From assembly GCA_963665295.1 (NCBI GenBank), contig OY762209.1:4256001-4320000 (forward strand): a stretch of 64,000 bases of DNA, read 5' to 3'. The notes under the pieces are model-generated. The model saw only the letters and a list, made by a program, of their open reading frames with translations, was not told where the DNA came from and did not search any database. Positions 41,495 to 50,554 of this stretch are shown here, one piece after another. Numbering within the stretch: position 1 is the first letter of the stretch; each line of letters begins with the position of its first letter. Source of the DNA: Syntrophorhabdaceae bacterium (lineage in GTDB: Bacteria > Desulfobacterota > Syntrophorhabdia > Syntrophorhabdales > Syntrophorhabdaceae). A program made the position numbers and the translations under genes.

Positions 41495-42445
41495 GTGGGA
41501 CCCCTGATGGGACTAACCGGACTAAAGGACGCGCCTTTGAAACTGATTCTATTCGGCGGCAAGGGTGGTGTGGGGAAAACGACCTGCGCGGTCAGCGCGG
41601 GTTTATGCCTGGCTGAAGAGTTCAGCACCCTTATCGTCTCCACCGACCCCGCTCATTCCCTTTCGGACAGTTTGGAGCAGAAGTTCGGCGATGAGGTCAC
41701 CGCCGTTCTGAACGTGAAGAACTTGAGCGTCATAGAAATAAGTGCAAAAAAGGTGTTCTGCGCGTTCAAGGAAAAGCACGAGCAGGAGATAAGGAAGATT
41801 ATCGACACCTCCACGTATCTGGACCAGGAAGACACAGAGGCGGTTTTGAACCTCCCTATCCCCGGCATTGATGAGGTAATGGGCCTGAAGGTAATAATGG
41901 ACCTCTTGGAAGAAGGGCGGTTTGACAAGGTCGTGGTCGATATGGCCCCCACCGGCCATGCACTTCGTCTCCTGAAAGTACCGGCATTGCTTGACGACTG
42001 GATTAAGGTCGTGGCGAAACTCAGATGGAAGTATCGCTATATGATAACAACCTTCGCAGGCAAATACACGCCTGATGAAGGAGATGATTTCCTTCTTGAA
42101 ATGAAGAAGACCATCACCCGGATACATACGCTCTTCACGGACAGGAAACAGTGTGAATTCATCATGGTTACCATACCCGAAGCCATGGCGGTCCGCGAAA
42201 CGGAAAGGTTGATTAAGGAGTTGGGCTCATGTGGGATAGCGATCCGCCAGATAGCGGTCAACAACGTTACGCCCGAAAGCGAGAATTGCCGATTCTGCAT
42301 GGACAGACGGGAGCGACAGGAAGAATATATCGATTATCTGGAAAACCGCATGGGCAACGTCCGGACAACGGTCCTTCCTATGCAGTCGCGGGAAGTAAAA
42401 GGCCTGGCTGCACTAACAGGTTTTAAAGAATTGCTCTTTCAGTAG
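41495..42445 (+). CDS. ArsA/GET3-family ATPase (single domain)
   Basis: GKGGVGKTT, STDPAHSLSD, DMAPTGH, C-terminal CRFC. Confidence 0.92.
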   Translation: MGPLMGLTGLKDAPLKLILFGGKGGVGKTTCAVSAGLCLAEEFSTLIVSTDPAHSLSDSLEQKFGDEVTAVLNVKNLSVIEISAKKVFCAFKEKHEQEIRKIIDTSTYLDQEDTEAVLNLPIPGIDEVMGLKVIMDLLEEGRFDKVVVDMAPTGHALRLLKVPALLDDWIKVVAKLRWKYRYMITTFAGKYTPDEGDDFLLEMKKTITRIHTLFTDRKQCEFIMVTIPEAMAVRETERLIKELGSCGIAIRQIAVNNVTPESENCRFCMDRRERQEEYIDYLENRMGNVRTTVLPMQSREVKGLAALTGFKELLFQ

Positions 42446-42487
42446 CTCAGAGTAGGCAGCAATTTAGGGGTATGCTCCAAGAATGAG

Positions 42488-44722
42488 GTGATCCGAATGA
42501 AGGATAGCAAGAAAGAGCCTGCCATGGCTTTCAAAGTGAAAGAAGCCCTGCCTAAAGATGTGGGCAGAGCCATCGCGCGGATCGATCCTGACGATATGAA
42601 GGTCCTCGGCCTTGACGTGGGCGACATAGTGGAACTCTACGCCAAGAGAAAGGCCCCCGTGAGGATAATGCCCTGCTACGTTGAAGAGAGGGGAAAGCGG
42701 ATCATCCAGATGGATGGAATCGCCCGGGAAAATGCAAAGGTCGGCCTGGACGAAAAGGTGAAGATAAGACGGGCCACGCCCAAATCGGCGACACGAGTAA
42801 CCCTTGCGCCCTTGACCCTTTCGACCCTGGCCCAAAAAGGAAAGGATCAACGGTATATAGGGACGCTTATCGAAGGCCTGCCCGTCATCACCGGGGACCG
42901 GGTGCGGGTTACCCTCTTCGGCTCACGGTCAAGCGATTTCAAAGTTCTGGGCACGACACCCGATGGGGTGGTGGTGATAAATCCGGAGACGCAGATAAGA
43001 ATCGAATCGAAGGAGGCCGGCGAGACAAAGACCACGAAGGTTTCCTATGAAGATATAGGCGGCCTCGGTTATCAGATCCAGAGAATCAGGGAGATGATCG
43101 AACTCCCCTTGAAATATCCTCAGATATTCGAACGGCTCGGGATCGATCCCCCCAAAGGGGTGCTGCTCTATGGCCCCCCCGGAACGGGGAAGACCCTGAT
43201 CGCACGGGCGGTGACGAACGAGACGGACGCTTATTTCACCAACATCAGCGGACCTGAGATCATGGGTAAGTTTTACGGCGAGAGTGAAGGACGTTTGAGA
43301 AGTATATTTGAAGAAGCCCAGAAGAATACACCCGCCATCATATTCATCGACGAAATAGACGCCATCGCGCCCAAGAGAGAGGAAATGGGCGGCGAGAAGC
43401 AGGTTGAACGGCGCGTGGTAGCCCAACTCCTTTCGCTTCTCGATGGACTGCAGTCAAGGGGACAGGTCATCGTCATAGGGGCGACAAACATTCCGAATAC
43501 TCTCGATCCTGCCCTGAGGAGACCGGGGAGATTCGACAGAGAGATCGCGGTCCCTATTCCCGACAAGAACGGAAGGCTCCACATACTGCAAATCCATACA
43601 AGAGGCATGCCTCTTGCGGGAGAAGCTCAACAGGGAAACGGCGAGATATCAACCGGGGTTGATATCGATAAACTTGCGGAAATTACTCACGGTTTTGTGG
43701 GAGCGGACCTGGAAGCCCTGGCCCGGGAGGCCGCCATGTCGGCCCTCAGGAAGGTGTTGCCGAAGATCGACTTCACCATTGACGAAGTGCCTTATGACAC
43801 CCTTCTCAGCCTCGAAGTCACCATGGATGACTTTATGGAAGCAATGAAAGAGGTGGAGCCTTCGGCCATCAGAGAGGTATTCGTCGAGGTACCCGACGTG
43901 CGATGGGACGACGTGGGAGGCCTTGAGGGTGTCAAGCAGGAGTTAAAAGAAGCCGTTGAGTGGCCCATTAAATATGCCGACGTCTTCAAGGCAGTGAACA
44001 CTCATCCGGCAAAGGGGATTCTCCTTCATGGGGCCCCCGGCACCGGAAAAACCTTGCTTGCAAAAGCAGTCGCAAGCGAGACAAAGGTCAACTTCATTTC
44101 TGTAAAAGGTCCGGCCCTCATCTCCAAATTCATCGGCGAAAGCGAGAAGGGGGTTCGGGAGGTGTTTAAAACCGCAAAGCAAGCGTCCCCATCCATCATA
44201 TTTTTCGACGAGATAGATGCGGTTGCACCGAGGAGGGGCTCAGGTATCGGAGAATCGAATGTAACCGAGAGGGTGGTGAGCCAATTCCTCGCTGAAATGG
44301 ACGGTATCGAGGAACTCAAGGGAGTTGTGGTATTGGCGGCCACCAATCGGCTCGACATCATCGATCCCGCCCTTCTCAGGGGGGGCAGGTTTGATGTTAT
44401 TATCGAGCTCCCGCTACCCGACGAAGACGCGCGCTTCTCAATATTCCAAATTCATGCAAGCCGAAAACCCCTTGCTTCGGATGTGAATCTACGTGATTTT
44501 GCGAAGAAGACGGATGGCCTCGCAGGGTCGGACATAGAATTCCTGTGCCGGAAGGCCTCCATGCTCGCAATAAGGGAATTCATAAATCAGGCAGCCGGGG
44601 CCGGCAAGAAGAAAGGCGCATCAAAAGATAAGGCCGGTCTTAAGGTAGGCAAAAAGCACTTCGAAGAGGCTTTGGAGGTGGTGAGGCGTCAGAGGGCATC
44701 AGTCGATGAGGCAGACTTGTGA
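42488..44722 (+). CDS. CDC48/VCP-family AAA ATPase
   Basis: N-domain DVGRAIARI, two AAA modules ([16 protein letters not shown]), [16 protein letters not shown]. Confidence 0.95.
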   Translation: MIRMKDSKKEPAMAFKVKEALPKDVGRAIARIDPDDMKVLGLDVGDIVELYAKRKAPVRIMPCYVEERGKRIIQMDGIARENAKVGLDEKVKIRRATPKSATRVTLAPLTLSTLAQKGKDQRYIGTLIEGLPVITGDRVRVTLFGSRSSDFKVLGTTPDGVVVINPETQIRIESKEAGETKTTKVSYEDIGGLGYQIQRIREMIELPLKYPQIFERLGIDPPKGVLLYGPPGTGKTLIARAVTNETDAYFTNISGPEIMGKFYGESEGRLRSIFEEAQKNTPAIIFIDEIDAIAPKREEMGGEKQVERRVVAQLLSLLDGLQSRGQVIVIGATNIPNTLDPALRRPGRFDREIAVPIPDKNGRLHILQIHTRGMPLAGEAQQGNGEISTGVDIDKLAEITHGFVGADLEALAREAAMSALRKVLPKIDFTIDEVPYDTLLSLEVTMDDFMEAMKEVEPSAIREVFVEVPDVRWDDVGGLEGVKQELKEAVEWPIKYADVFKAVNTHPAKGILLHGAPGTGKTLLAKAVASETKVNFISVKGPALISKFIGESEKGVREVFKTAKQASPSIIFFDEIDAVAPRRGSGIGESNVTERVVSQFLAEMDGIEELKGVVVLAATNRLDIIDPALLRGGRFDVIIELPLPDEDARFSIFQIHASRKPLASDVNLRDFAKKTDGLAGSDIEFLCRKASMLAIREFINQAAGAGKKKGASKDKAGLKVGKKHFEEALEVVRRQRASVDEADL

Positions 44723-44883
44723 CGACAAGCCGCAAAGGTGACTCCGCCGAAGTCCGACCTGAACGGGGGGATTGAGTTAACGGGCCGGTCTCCGAGTGCG
44801 TCGCACGGGGGGTGCGGCAGCGGGAGACCGGCCCCGGGGGTTGGCCGCATCGGCAAAGACAGAGAAAGGACCGGGGGGAATTT

Positions 44884-45906
44884 ATGAGCGGTATGGGCAA
44901 ATATATGTATGGTGTGATCAACTCCGACTGCCGCGGGGAAAGTTCAAAGGTCCCGGCCTCTCACGGCATGGTCTATACGATCCCTTATAAGGGCGTGTCC
45001 GCCGTGGTGAGCGACGCTGAGATGGTCGAGTACGCGAAGATGCCCGGGGACACTGCCGCACGGCACCTTGTCAATCACCAACTCGTACTCGAAAGGATGA
45101 TGAAGGACCACAACACCATTCCCATAAAATTGGGGACTTACCTGCTCAACGAGGGGGAAGTGACCCAAGCCCTGGCAAGGGGACATGGGGTGTTTCAGAA
45201 AGTCTTCAAAGAGATCGAAGGAAGGGTGGAGTTTAACGTCGTAGCGACATGGACCGATCTCAATACGATCATAAGAGAGGTCTCCAGGGACAAAGAAATA
45301 ACCGCGCTAAAGGAGGCTCTCCTCACCAACGCACAAGGGATAACCGTCGATGCCCAGATAAAGATCGGTATACTCATCAGAAACCATTTGAATACAATGA
45401 AAGCCGGATACTCAGGCGCCATACTGGATGCCCTGGAAGGTCTCGCCGAGAGGGCGAAGGATTACACCACGCCGGATGACGCGACCATCATGAACGCCGC
45501 CCTGCTTCTCGCAAGGGACGCCGAACCTCAATTCGACGAAAAACTCGAGGAACTGAGCGTCAGGTTTGAAGGGAAAGTCCACTTCAAGGTCATAGGACCC
45601 CTTCCCCCATACAACTTCTATACCCTTGAGATAAAAAAATTCCAGTTCGACGAGATCGATTGTGCGAGAAGGAAACTCGGTCTCCCGGACTTTGCAGTCA
45701 GGGACGATATCAAGAAAGCGTACAGGAAATATGCCTTTGACTGCCATCCGGACAGACAGAGCGAGAAGTGGAAAGCGGAGATGGAGTACGATGAAGCCGC
45801 CAAAGCGTATAAATTGCTCACCGAATACTGCCAGGACGACGCATGCTCCTTCAGGGCAGACGATTTCTTTAATAACTCCATAGCCATAAAGCTAAAGGGG
45901 CAGTAA
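44884..45906 (+). CDS. GvpL/GvpF-family protein fused to C-terminal J-domain
   Basis: YMYGVI, HQLVLE, GPLPPYNF, then IKKAYRK...CHPD. Confidence 0.88.
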   Translation: MSGMGKYMYGVINSDCRGESSKVPASHGMVYTIPYKGVSAVVSDAEMVEYAKMPGDTAARHLVNHQLVLERMMKDHNTIPIKLGTYLLNEGEVTQALARGHGVFQKVFKEIEGRVEFNVVATWTDLNTIIREVSRDKEITALKEALLTNAQGITVDAQIKIGILIRNHLNTMKAGYSGAILDALEGLAERAKDYTTPDDATIMNAALLLARDAEPQFDEKLEELSVRFEGKVHFKVIGPLPPYNFYTLEIKKFQFDEIDCARRKLGLPDFAVRDDIKKAYRKYAFDCHPDRQSEKWKAEMEYDEAAKAYKLLTEYCQDDACSFRADDFFNNSIAIKLKGQ

Positions 45907-46673
45907 TGGAAAGAGAAGCCAAGTATATCTATTGCATCATCGGCGCGACACAGGACAGAACCTTCGGCCCTATCGGCCTTGGAGACAGGGGAGATGAGGT
46001 ATGCACCATCGGCATTGATGACCTTGCGATGGTGATAAGCAACCATCCGTTGACCAGACTTGTAGTCAATCGGGAGAATATTCTGGCCCACGAGAAGGTC
46101 ATCGAGGAGGTAATGAAGGAGTATGTCGTATTGCCCGTTCGGTTCTGCACCATTGCCACGGGAGCGGACGAGATAAGGAGCCTTCTGTCGAGGAGGTACC
46201 GCGAATTCAAGAACCTCCTGAAGGATATGGACCACAAGGTTGAACTCGGCGTGAAGGGCCTGTGGAGGGATATGAACGCCATCTTCAAAGAAATCACCGC
46301 GGAGAACAGCGAAATAGGCAAGATGAAAAGAAGATTGAAAGGAGACAAGGAGCAGAAACACATGGAGGCAAAGGTGGAACTCGGCAAGCTCGTTCAGGAT
46401 GCCCTCAAGCGCAAGAAGGACGAGGAGGCCGAAAAGGTGGTTGATGCGTTAAGGGCATCGGCCTTCGACTACACCCTCAATCACACTGCAGGTGATGAAA
46501 TGTTCATGAACGCTTCTTTTCTGGTGAGCAAGGGGCGGGAAAAGGAATTCGACAACATCATGGACGATCTGGGCGAAAAGTACAAGGGGAGGACTCGTTT
46601 TCTCTATGCGGGACCGTTGCCTCCTTACAACTTCGTGAATATTACGATACGCCAGGAAGAGTGGGAAAAGTGA
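45906..46673 (+). CDS. GvpL/GvpF-family gas vesicle protein
   Basis: YIYCII, AHEKVIE, VLPVRF, GPLPPYNFV. Confidence 0.93.
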   Translation: MEREAKYIYCIIGATQDRTFGPIGLGDRGDEVCTIGIDDLAMVISNHPLTRLVVNRENILAHEKVIEEVMKEYVVLPVRFCTIATGADEIRSLLSRRYREFKNLLKDMDHKVELGVKGLWRDMNAIFKEITAENSEIGKMKRRLKGDKEQKHMEAKVELGKLVQDALKRKKDEEAEKVVDALRASAFDYTLNHTAGDEMFMNASFLVSKGREKEFDNIMDDLGEKYKGRTRFLYAGPLPPYNFVNITIRQEEWEK

Positions 46674-46700
46674 AAGAAAGAACGACGCTGGGGAGGTTCC

Positions 46701-47471
46701 ATGGAAGAAGGGCTCTATATATATTGCATAGTTGAATCAAAGGAGCCCTGCTCCTTTGATATCGAGGGCATCGGAGGCAGGGGCGACAAGGTGTACACCG
46801 TATCGCTCGATCATATCGGCGCGGTAGTGAGCGCGTCTCCTGTCAAAAGATACTCGGTGGCGCGGGAGTACCTGATGGCCCATGAGCGGGTCATTGAAGA
46901 GGTCATGAAGACCCATACGGTCCTCCCCGTGAGGTTTGCCACTATTACGGAGAGCGAAGAGAAGATAAGAATGATCCTCGGGCGAGAGTATGCCCGTTTT
47001 GCAGGCCTCCTTAAACAGATGGCAGACAAGAAGGAGTTGGGGCTGAAGATGTTGTTCAAAGAGGATATGGTATACGGGGAACTCCTTGAAAAGTATGGCG
47101 ACGTAAAGACTCTGAAACAAAAAATAGAATCCCTTCCCGCCGAAAAATCATATCACCAGAGAATGGAGATAGGCCGCATGGTCGAGGCAGCGCTCCGGCG
47201 GGAGAAAGAATTCTACCGTGAATATGCCCTGAACAGACTGGCGCCCCTGTCCGTCGAGGTAAAGACAAACAAGGAATACGGAGACATGATGATCGTCAAC
47301 GCCTCATTTCTCGTGGTGAAAGAAAAGGAAAGGGAGTTTGACCTTGCAGTGCAGGAACTCGCAGACAAATGCGGGGATATGGTGAGGCTCAAATATGTGG
47401 GAACCCTACCGCCCTTCAACTTCGTGAATATTGTGATCAACACGGATGGAGGAAGCCAATGTTCATTATAG
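46701..47471 (+). CDS. GvpL/GvpF-family gas vesicle protein
   Basis: YIYCIV, AHERVIE, VLPVRF, GTLPPFNFV. Confidence 0.93.
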   Translation: MEEGLYIYCIVESKEPCSFDIEGIGGRGDKVYTVSLDHIGAVVSASPVKRYSVAREYLMAHERVIEEVMKTHTVLPVRFATITESEEKIRMILGREYARFAGLLKQMADKKELGLKMLFKEDMVYGELLEKYGDVKTLKQKIESLPAEKSYHQRMEIGRMVEAALRREKEFYREYALNRLAPLSVEVKTNKEYGDMMIVNASFLVVKEKEREFDLAVQELADKCGDMVRLKYVGTLPPFNFVNIVINTDGGSQCSL

Positions 47472-47698
47472 ACGACATACTCCTCTCGCCGTTAAGAGGT
47501 TTCATATGGTTGGGTGAGAAGATAAACGATGTGGTGGAGAGGGAGTTGTCCGACGAGGGGCTCATAAAGGAGCGCCTTATGGAACTGCAACTGCGTTTCG
47601 AATTGGATGCCATAGATGAGGAGACTTACACGAAACAGGAAAAAGTGCTCCTCGAGAGACTTAATGCGATCCACGGGGAAGGAGAGGAGGAGGTATAA
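47459..47698 (+). CDS. gvpG: Gas vesicle protein G
   Basis: MFIIDDILLSP.RG..W, LMELQLRFE...IDEE.Y...E..LLERL. Confidence 0.9.
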   Translation: MFIIDDILLSPLRGFIWLGEKINDVVERELSDEGLIKERLMELQLRFELDAIDEETYTKQEKVLLERLNAIHGEGEEEV

Positions 47699-47699
47699 A

Positions 47700-47963
47700 A
47701 TGGCGGATATCCAGGAAGCTACTCAGGCGCTTTGCGGGTTTTTGAAAAAGACTCTTTCAGTCGAAGATGCCAAAGCGATAAAGGTGTGTCATACACCTCA
47801 GGGATGGGAAGGGGACATCGAGGTGTATGAAGACAGCTCCTTCATCAAAACCATCGGGCTGCCGACACGGGTAAAAGACAGGAATATCTATAACGTAAAG
47901 GCAGACGAAAACCTGGAGGTTCAGGCGTATGAACGAAAACCCGCGAACCAGCCCCGGGAGTGA
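47700..47963 (+). CDS. gvpO: Gas vesicle protein GvpO/GvpR-like
   Basis: GW...IEV.E and IY.V..D....V..YER pattern; GGAGGAGG RBS. Confidence 0.75.
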   Translation: MADIQEATQALCGFLKKTLSVEDAKAIKVCHTPQGWEGDIEVYEDSSFIKTIGLPTRVKDRNIYNVKADENLEVQAYERKPANQPRE

Positions 47964-47969
47964 CGGAAA

Positions 47970-48818
47970 ATGACGGGCCTGTATCTTTACTGCGTCCGGG
48001 GAGAGACCCGGAATCCTTTGCCCTTTCATGAAAGGGGAATCGACGGAAGAAGTGAGGTCTTTACAGTGGCCCATCGGGCGTTGGAGGCGGTCGTGAGCGA
48101 CGTTTCATTGCGGGAATTCACTTCCGAAGAGATACAAAGGCGAGCTGGAGAAGACCCGGGCTGGATAAAAGAACGTGCGGTGATTCATGAGCGGGTAATC
48201 GAGAACGCGATGAGAGGGGTTGATGAGCCGGTGAGCGTAATCCCCATGAGATTCGGTGTCATTTTCAAGACCATGGCGAACTTGAAGGCAAGACTGGATA
48301 AGGATTACTGCCGAATGAAGACCGTGCTGGCCAAAATAGACGGTAAGGAAGAGTGGAGCGTAAAGGCATACATGAAAGACAAGGAAAGGTTTGACGCCGT
48401 GGCGAGGGCAAGAAACCCCGGGATTACCGCAAAGGAGAGGCAAATCGCGTCCCTGCCCGAAGGTGTAGCCTACTTCATGGAAGAAGAGTTGAAAGAGGTT
48501 GTGGATGATGCGATAGAGAATGAACTGGCGGCCATACTGGAAGGTTCATTCGAGAGGTTGTCGGGGGAAGCGACGGAGTCCGTCAAAACAAGGGTCCTCG
48601 AAAAGGAGGTTACAGGAAGAACCGAGCAGATGGTTTTTAATTCCGCTTTCCTCGTCCGTCAGGACAAGGCGGACAGGTTCCACCACACCCTCGGAATGAT
48701 CGCCGGGGAATTTGAGGCAAAAGGACTCTGCGTTGAATTGACCGGGCCGTGGCCCGCCTTCAATTTCTGTCGGGAAAACGTCGCTACCGGAGAAAAGAGG
48801 GAAGATGAATCACACTAA
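47970..48818 (+). CDS. GvpL/GvpF-family gas vesicle protein
   Basis: LYLYCV, HERVIE, VIPMRFG, EEWSVK, TGPWPAFNF. Confidence 0.93.
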   Translation: MTGLYLYCVRGETRNPLPFHERGIDGRSEVFTVAHRALEAVVSDVSLREFTSEEIQRRAGEDPGWIKERAVIHERVIENAMRGVDEPVSVIPMRFGVIFKTMANLKARLDKDYCRMKTVLAKIDGKEEWSVKAYMKDKERFDAVARARNPGITAKERQIASLPEGVAYFMEEELKEVVDDAIENELAAILEGSFERLSGEATESVKTRVLEKEVTGRTEQMVFNSAFLVRQDKADRFHHTLGMIAGEFEAKGLCVELTGPWPAFNFCRENVATGEKREDESH

Positions 48819-49335
48819 GAACGCGGCTCTCGTAGATGTGCTGGACAAGGTACTGGAAAAAGGCGCCGTTATCAGCGGCGACATGATGATAAGGGTGGCC
48901 GACGTGGACTTGGTATTCGTGGGTCTCAGGGTCTTTCTCGCTTCAGTCTCCAAAGCCCGGGAATTGTCCGGGGAAACCGGTTTTGACCAGGAAAGGGAAC
49001 CGACACCCGAGGATATTGCCTTCATGGAAAGGCTACAAAAGGAGATAAGAAAGGCCGAAGAAAATATCCCAAAGCTTATGAATGCGGACAATCCGAGAGA
49101 GACGGAGCAGGGCCTTGCCCGATTGATCCTGGCCATCATTGAACTCATAAGAAAATTGATGGAAAAGGAGGCCTTCAGAAGGGTCCGGAGCGGGACGATC
49201 GCTCCGGTGGAGATACAGAAACTCGGGCTGAGTCTGAAAGCGGTGAGGAAGAAGATGATGGAAATCCAGGCAATCTTCGGAATCAAGGACGAAGACCTCA
49301 AACTAAACCTTGGTCCCCTTGGCGATTTAACATAA
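48805..49335 (+). CDS. gvpK: Fusion of a GvpA/J/S-like domain and GvpK
   Basis: N: LVDVLDKVLEKGAVISGD...VADVDL; C: GLARLIL.IIELIRKLMEKEA.RR...LNLGPLG. Confidence 0.88.
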   Translation: MNHTKNAALVDVLDKVLEKGAVISGDMMIRVADVDLVFVGLRVFLASVSKARELSGETGFDQEREPTPEDIAFMERLQKEIRKAEENIPKLMNADNPRETEQGLARLILAIIELIRKLMEKEAFRRVRSGTIAPVEIQKLGLSLKAVRKKMMEIQAIFGIKDEDLKLNLGPLGDLT

Positions 49336-49345
49336 GGAGAGTCCT

Positions 49346-49651
49346 ATGGCAGAACAACAGATGGTCCATGCGATACAGGCAACGAATCTGGCGGACATCC
49401 TGGAAAGGGTGCTGGACAAGGGGATTGTAATCGCGGGCGACATACAAATCAAGATTGCGGATATTGAACTCCTGACCATCAAGATAAGGCTTCTCATTGC
49501 GTCTGTGGACAAAGCCATGGAGATGGGGATCAACTGGTGGCAGCAGGACCCATACCTGTCCGACGGCAAAAAGGCAAAGGCAAAGGAAGAGGATAACGCG
49601 GCCTTAAGAAAACGGGTCAAGCTGCTGGAGGAGAAGATAAACCGCATGTAA
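49346..49651 (+). CDS. gvpJ: Gas vesicle protein J
   Basis: LADILERVLDKGIVIAGDI, LLIASVDKAMEMGINWW..DPYLS. Confidence 0.92.
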   Translation: MAEQQMVHAIQATNLADILERVLDKGIVIAGDIQIKIADIELLTIKIRLLIASVDKAMEMGINWWQQDPYLSDGKKAKAKEEDNAALRKRVKLLEEKINRM

Positions 49652-49673
49652 CCGCGAACGGGCACGTGCGCAC

Positions 49674-50432
49674 GTGTTCCGTGAGGCGGGCAACACGGGA
49701 GGGGAAAAGATCATAGACAACTATGAACGCAGGCTTCTTTACGTTCCCATCATTCATACCGAGGCCGATCTGGGCTCCATGGGAGGGACGGTCGCAAAGA
49801 GCGGGCGCAGGCAGTTCGGGGACGCATTCTGGGATAGCCATGAAGAAACGGTCCGTGGTTTCTGGGATGCCCTTGCGAGATATTTTGATTCCATCGAGGT
49901 AGAGGGGTTCAAGGTATTTCAGGACGGCATGGTCGCCGAAGGCGACATGGGAAGGAAGATAGTTGAGGAAGTGCTCAAAACAGGGAGCAAAAACTACGAG
50001 CTTCTCGCAAGATTGCTCCATCGGGGAAGTATCCTGGTGAGAACCGAGGATATCGATCTTGTCAAAGAGGAACATAGATTACTCTCGGACATAGCCCACT
50101 CCAGGACGAAACCCGAAAGACTGCATGCCGCGCAGAAATACGAGCTATTGAAAAACAAGCTTCTTGACAGAAGAGACCGGTTTATCGCGGGAAGGATCGA
50201 TTGGACGCTGGGCAAGGGCGAAACGGGCATACTCTTTATCGGAGCATATCATAACGTAAAGGCCCATCTTCCGTCCGATGTCCGGGTGATTGAGATTAAA
50301 GACGCCGGCAGGGTGATGCAGTATCAGCGACTCCTGCCCGTGCACAACGCGCACAAGAAGCACTTTCAGGAACTTCGCCGGTACCTTACGGCCGAAGTGG
50401 AAACCATGGGAGAAGATATGAAAGGGACATAG
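49674..50432 (+). CDS. Hypothetical protein in gas vesicle cluster
   Basis: YVPIIH, VFQDG, RDRFIA, LFIGAYH; start uncertain. Confidence 0.75.
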   Translation: MFREAGNTGGEKIIDNYERRLLYVPIIHTEADLGSMGGTVAKSGRRQFGDAFWDSHEETVRGFWDALARYFDSIEVEGFKVFQDGMVAEGDMGRKIVEEVLKTGSKNYELLARLLHRGSILVRTEDIDLVKEEHRLLSDIAHSRTKPERLHAAQKYELLKNKLLDRRDRFIAGRIDWTLGKGETGILFIGAYHNVKAHLPSDVRVIEIKDAGRVMQYQRLLPVHNAHKKHFQELRRYLTAEVETMGEDMKGT

Positions 50433-50554
50433 GATGCCTTCCAGAGGGCCGCCTTCGGCGTGGATGCGGTCCTGAAAAGGATTGGAGGGGGCCCCAAAAA
50501 ACCGATGATTTCACGTGGTGGAGGCTGAAGCGGTTCCGGAAGGGAGATGGAGAG

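Noticed and set aside
41495..42445. Arsenic resistance reading of the ArsA homolog
   Set aside because: Single-domain protein with no ars neighbours, embedded in the gvp operon
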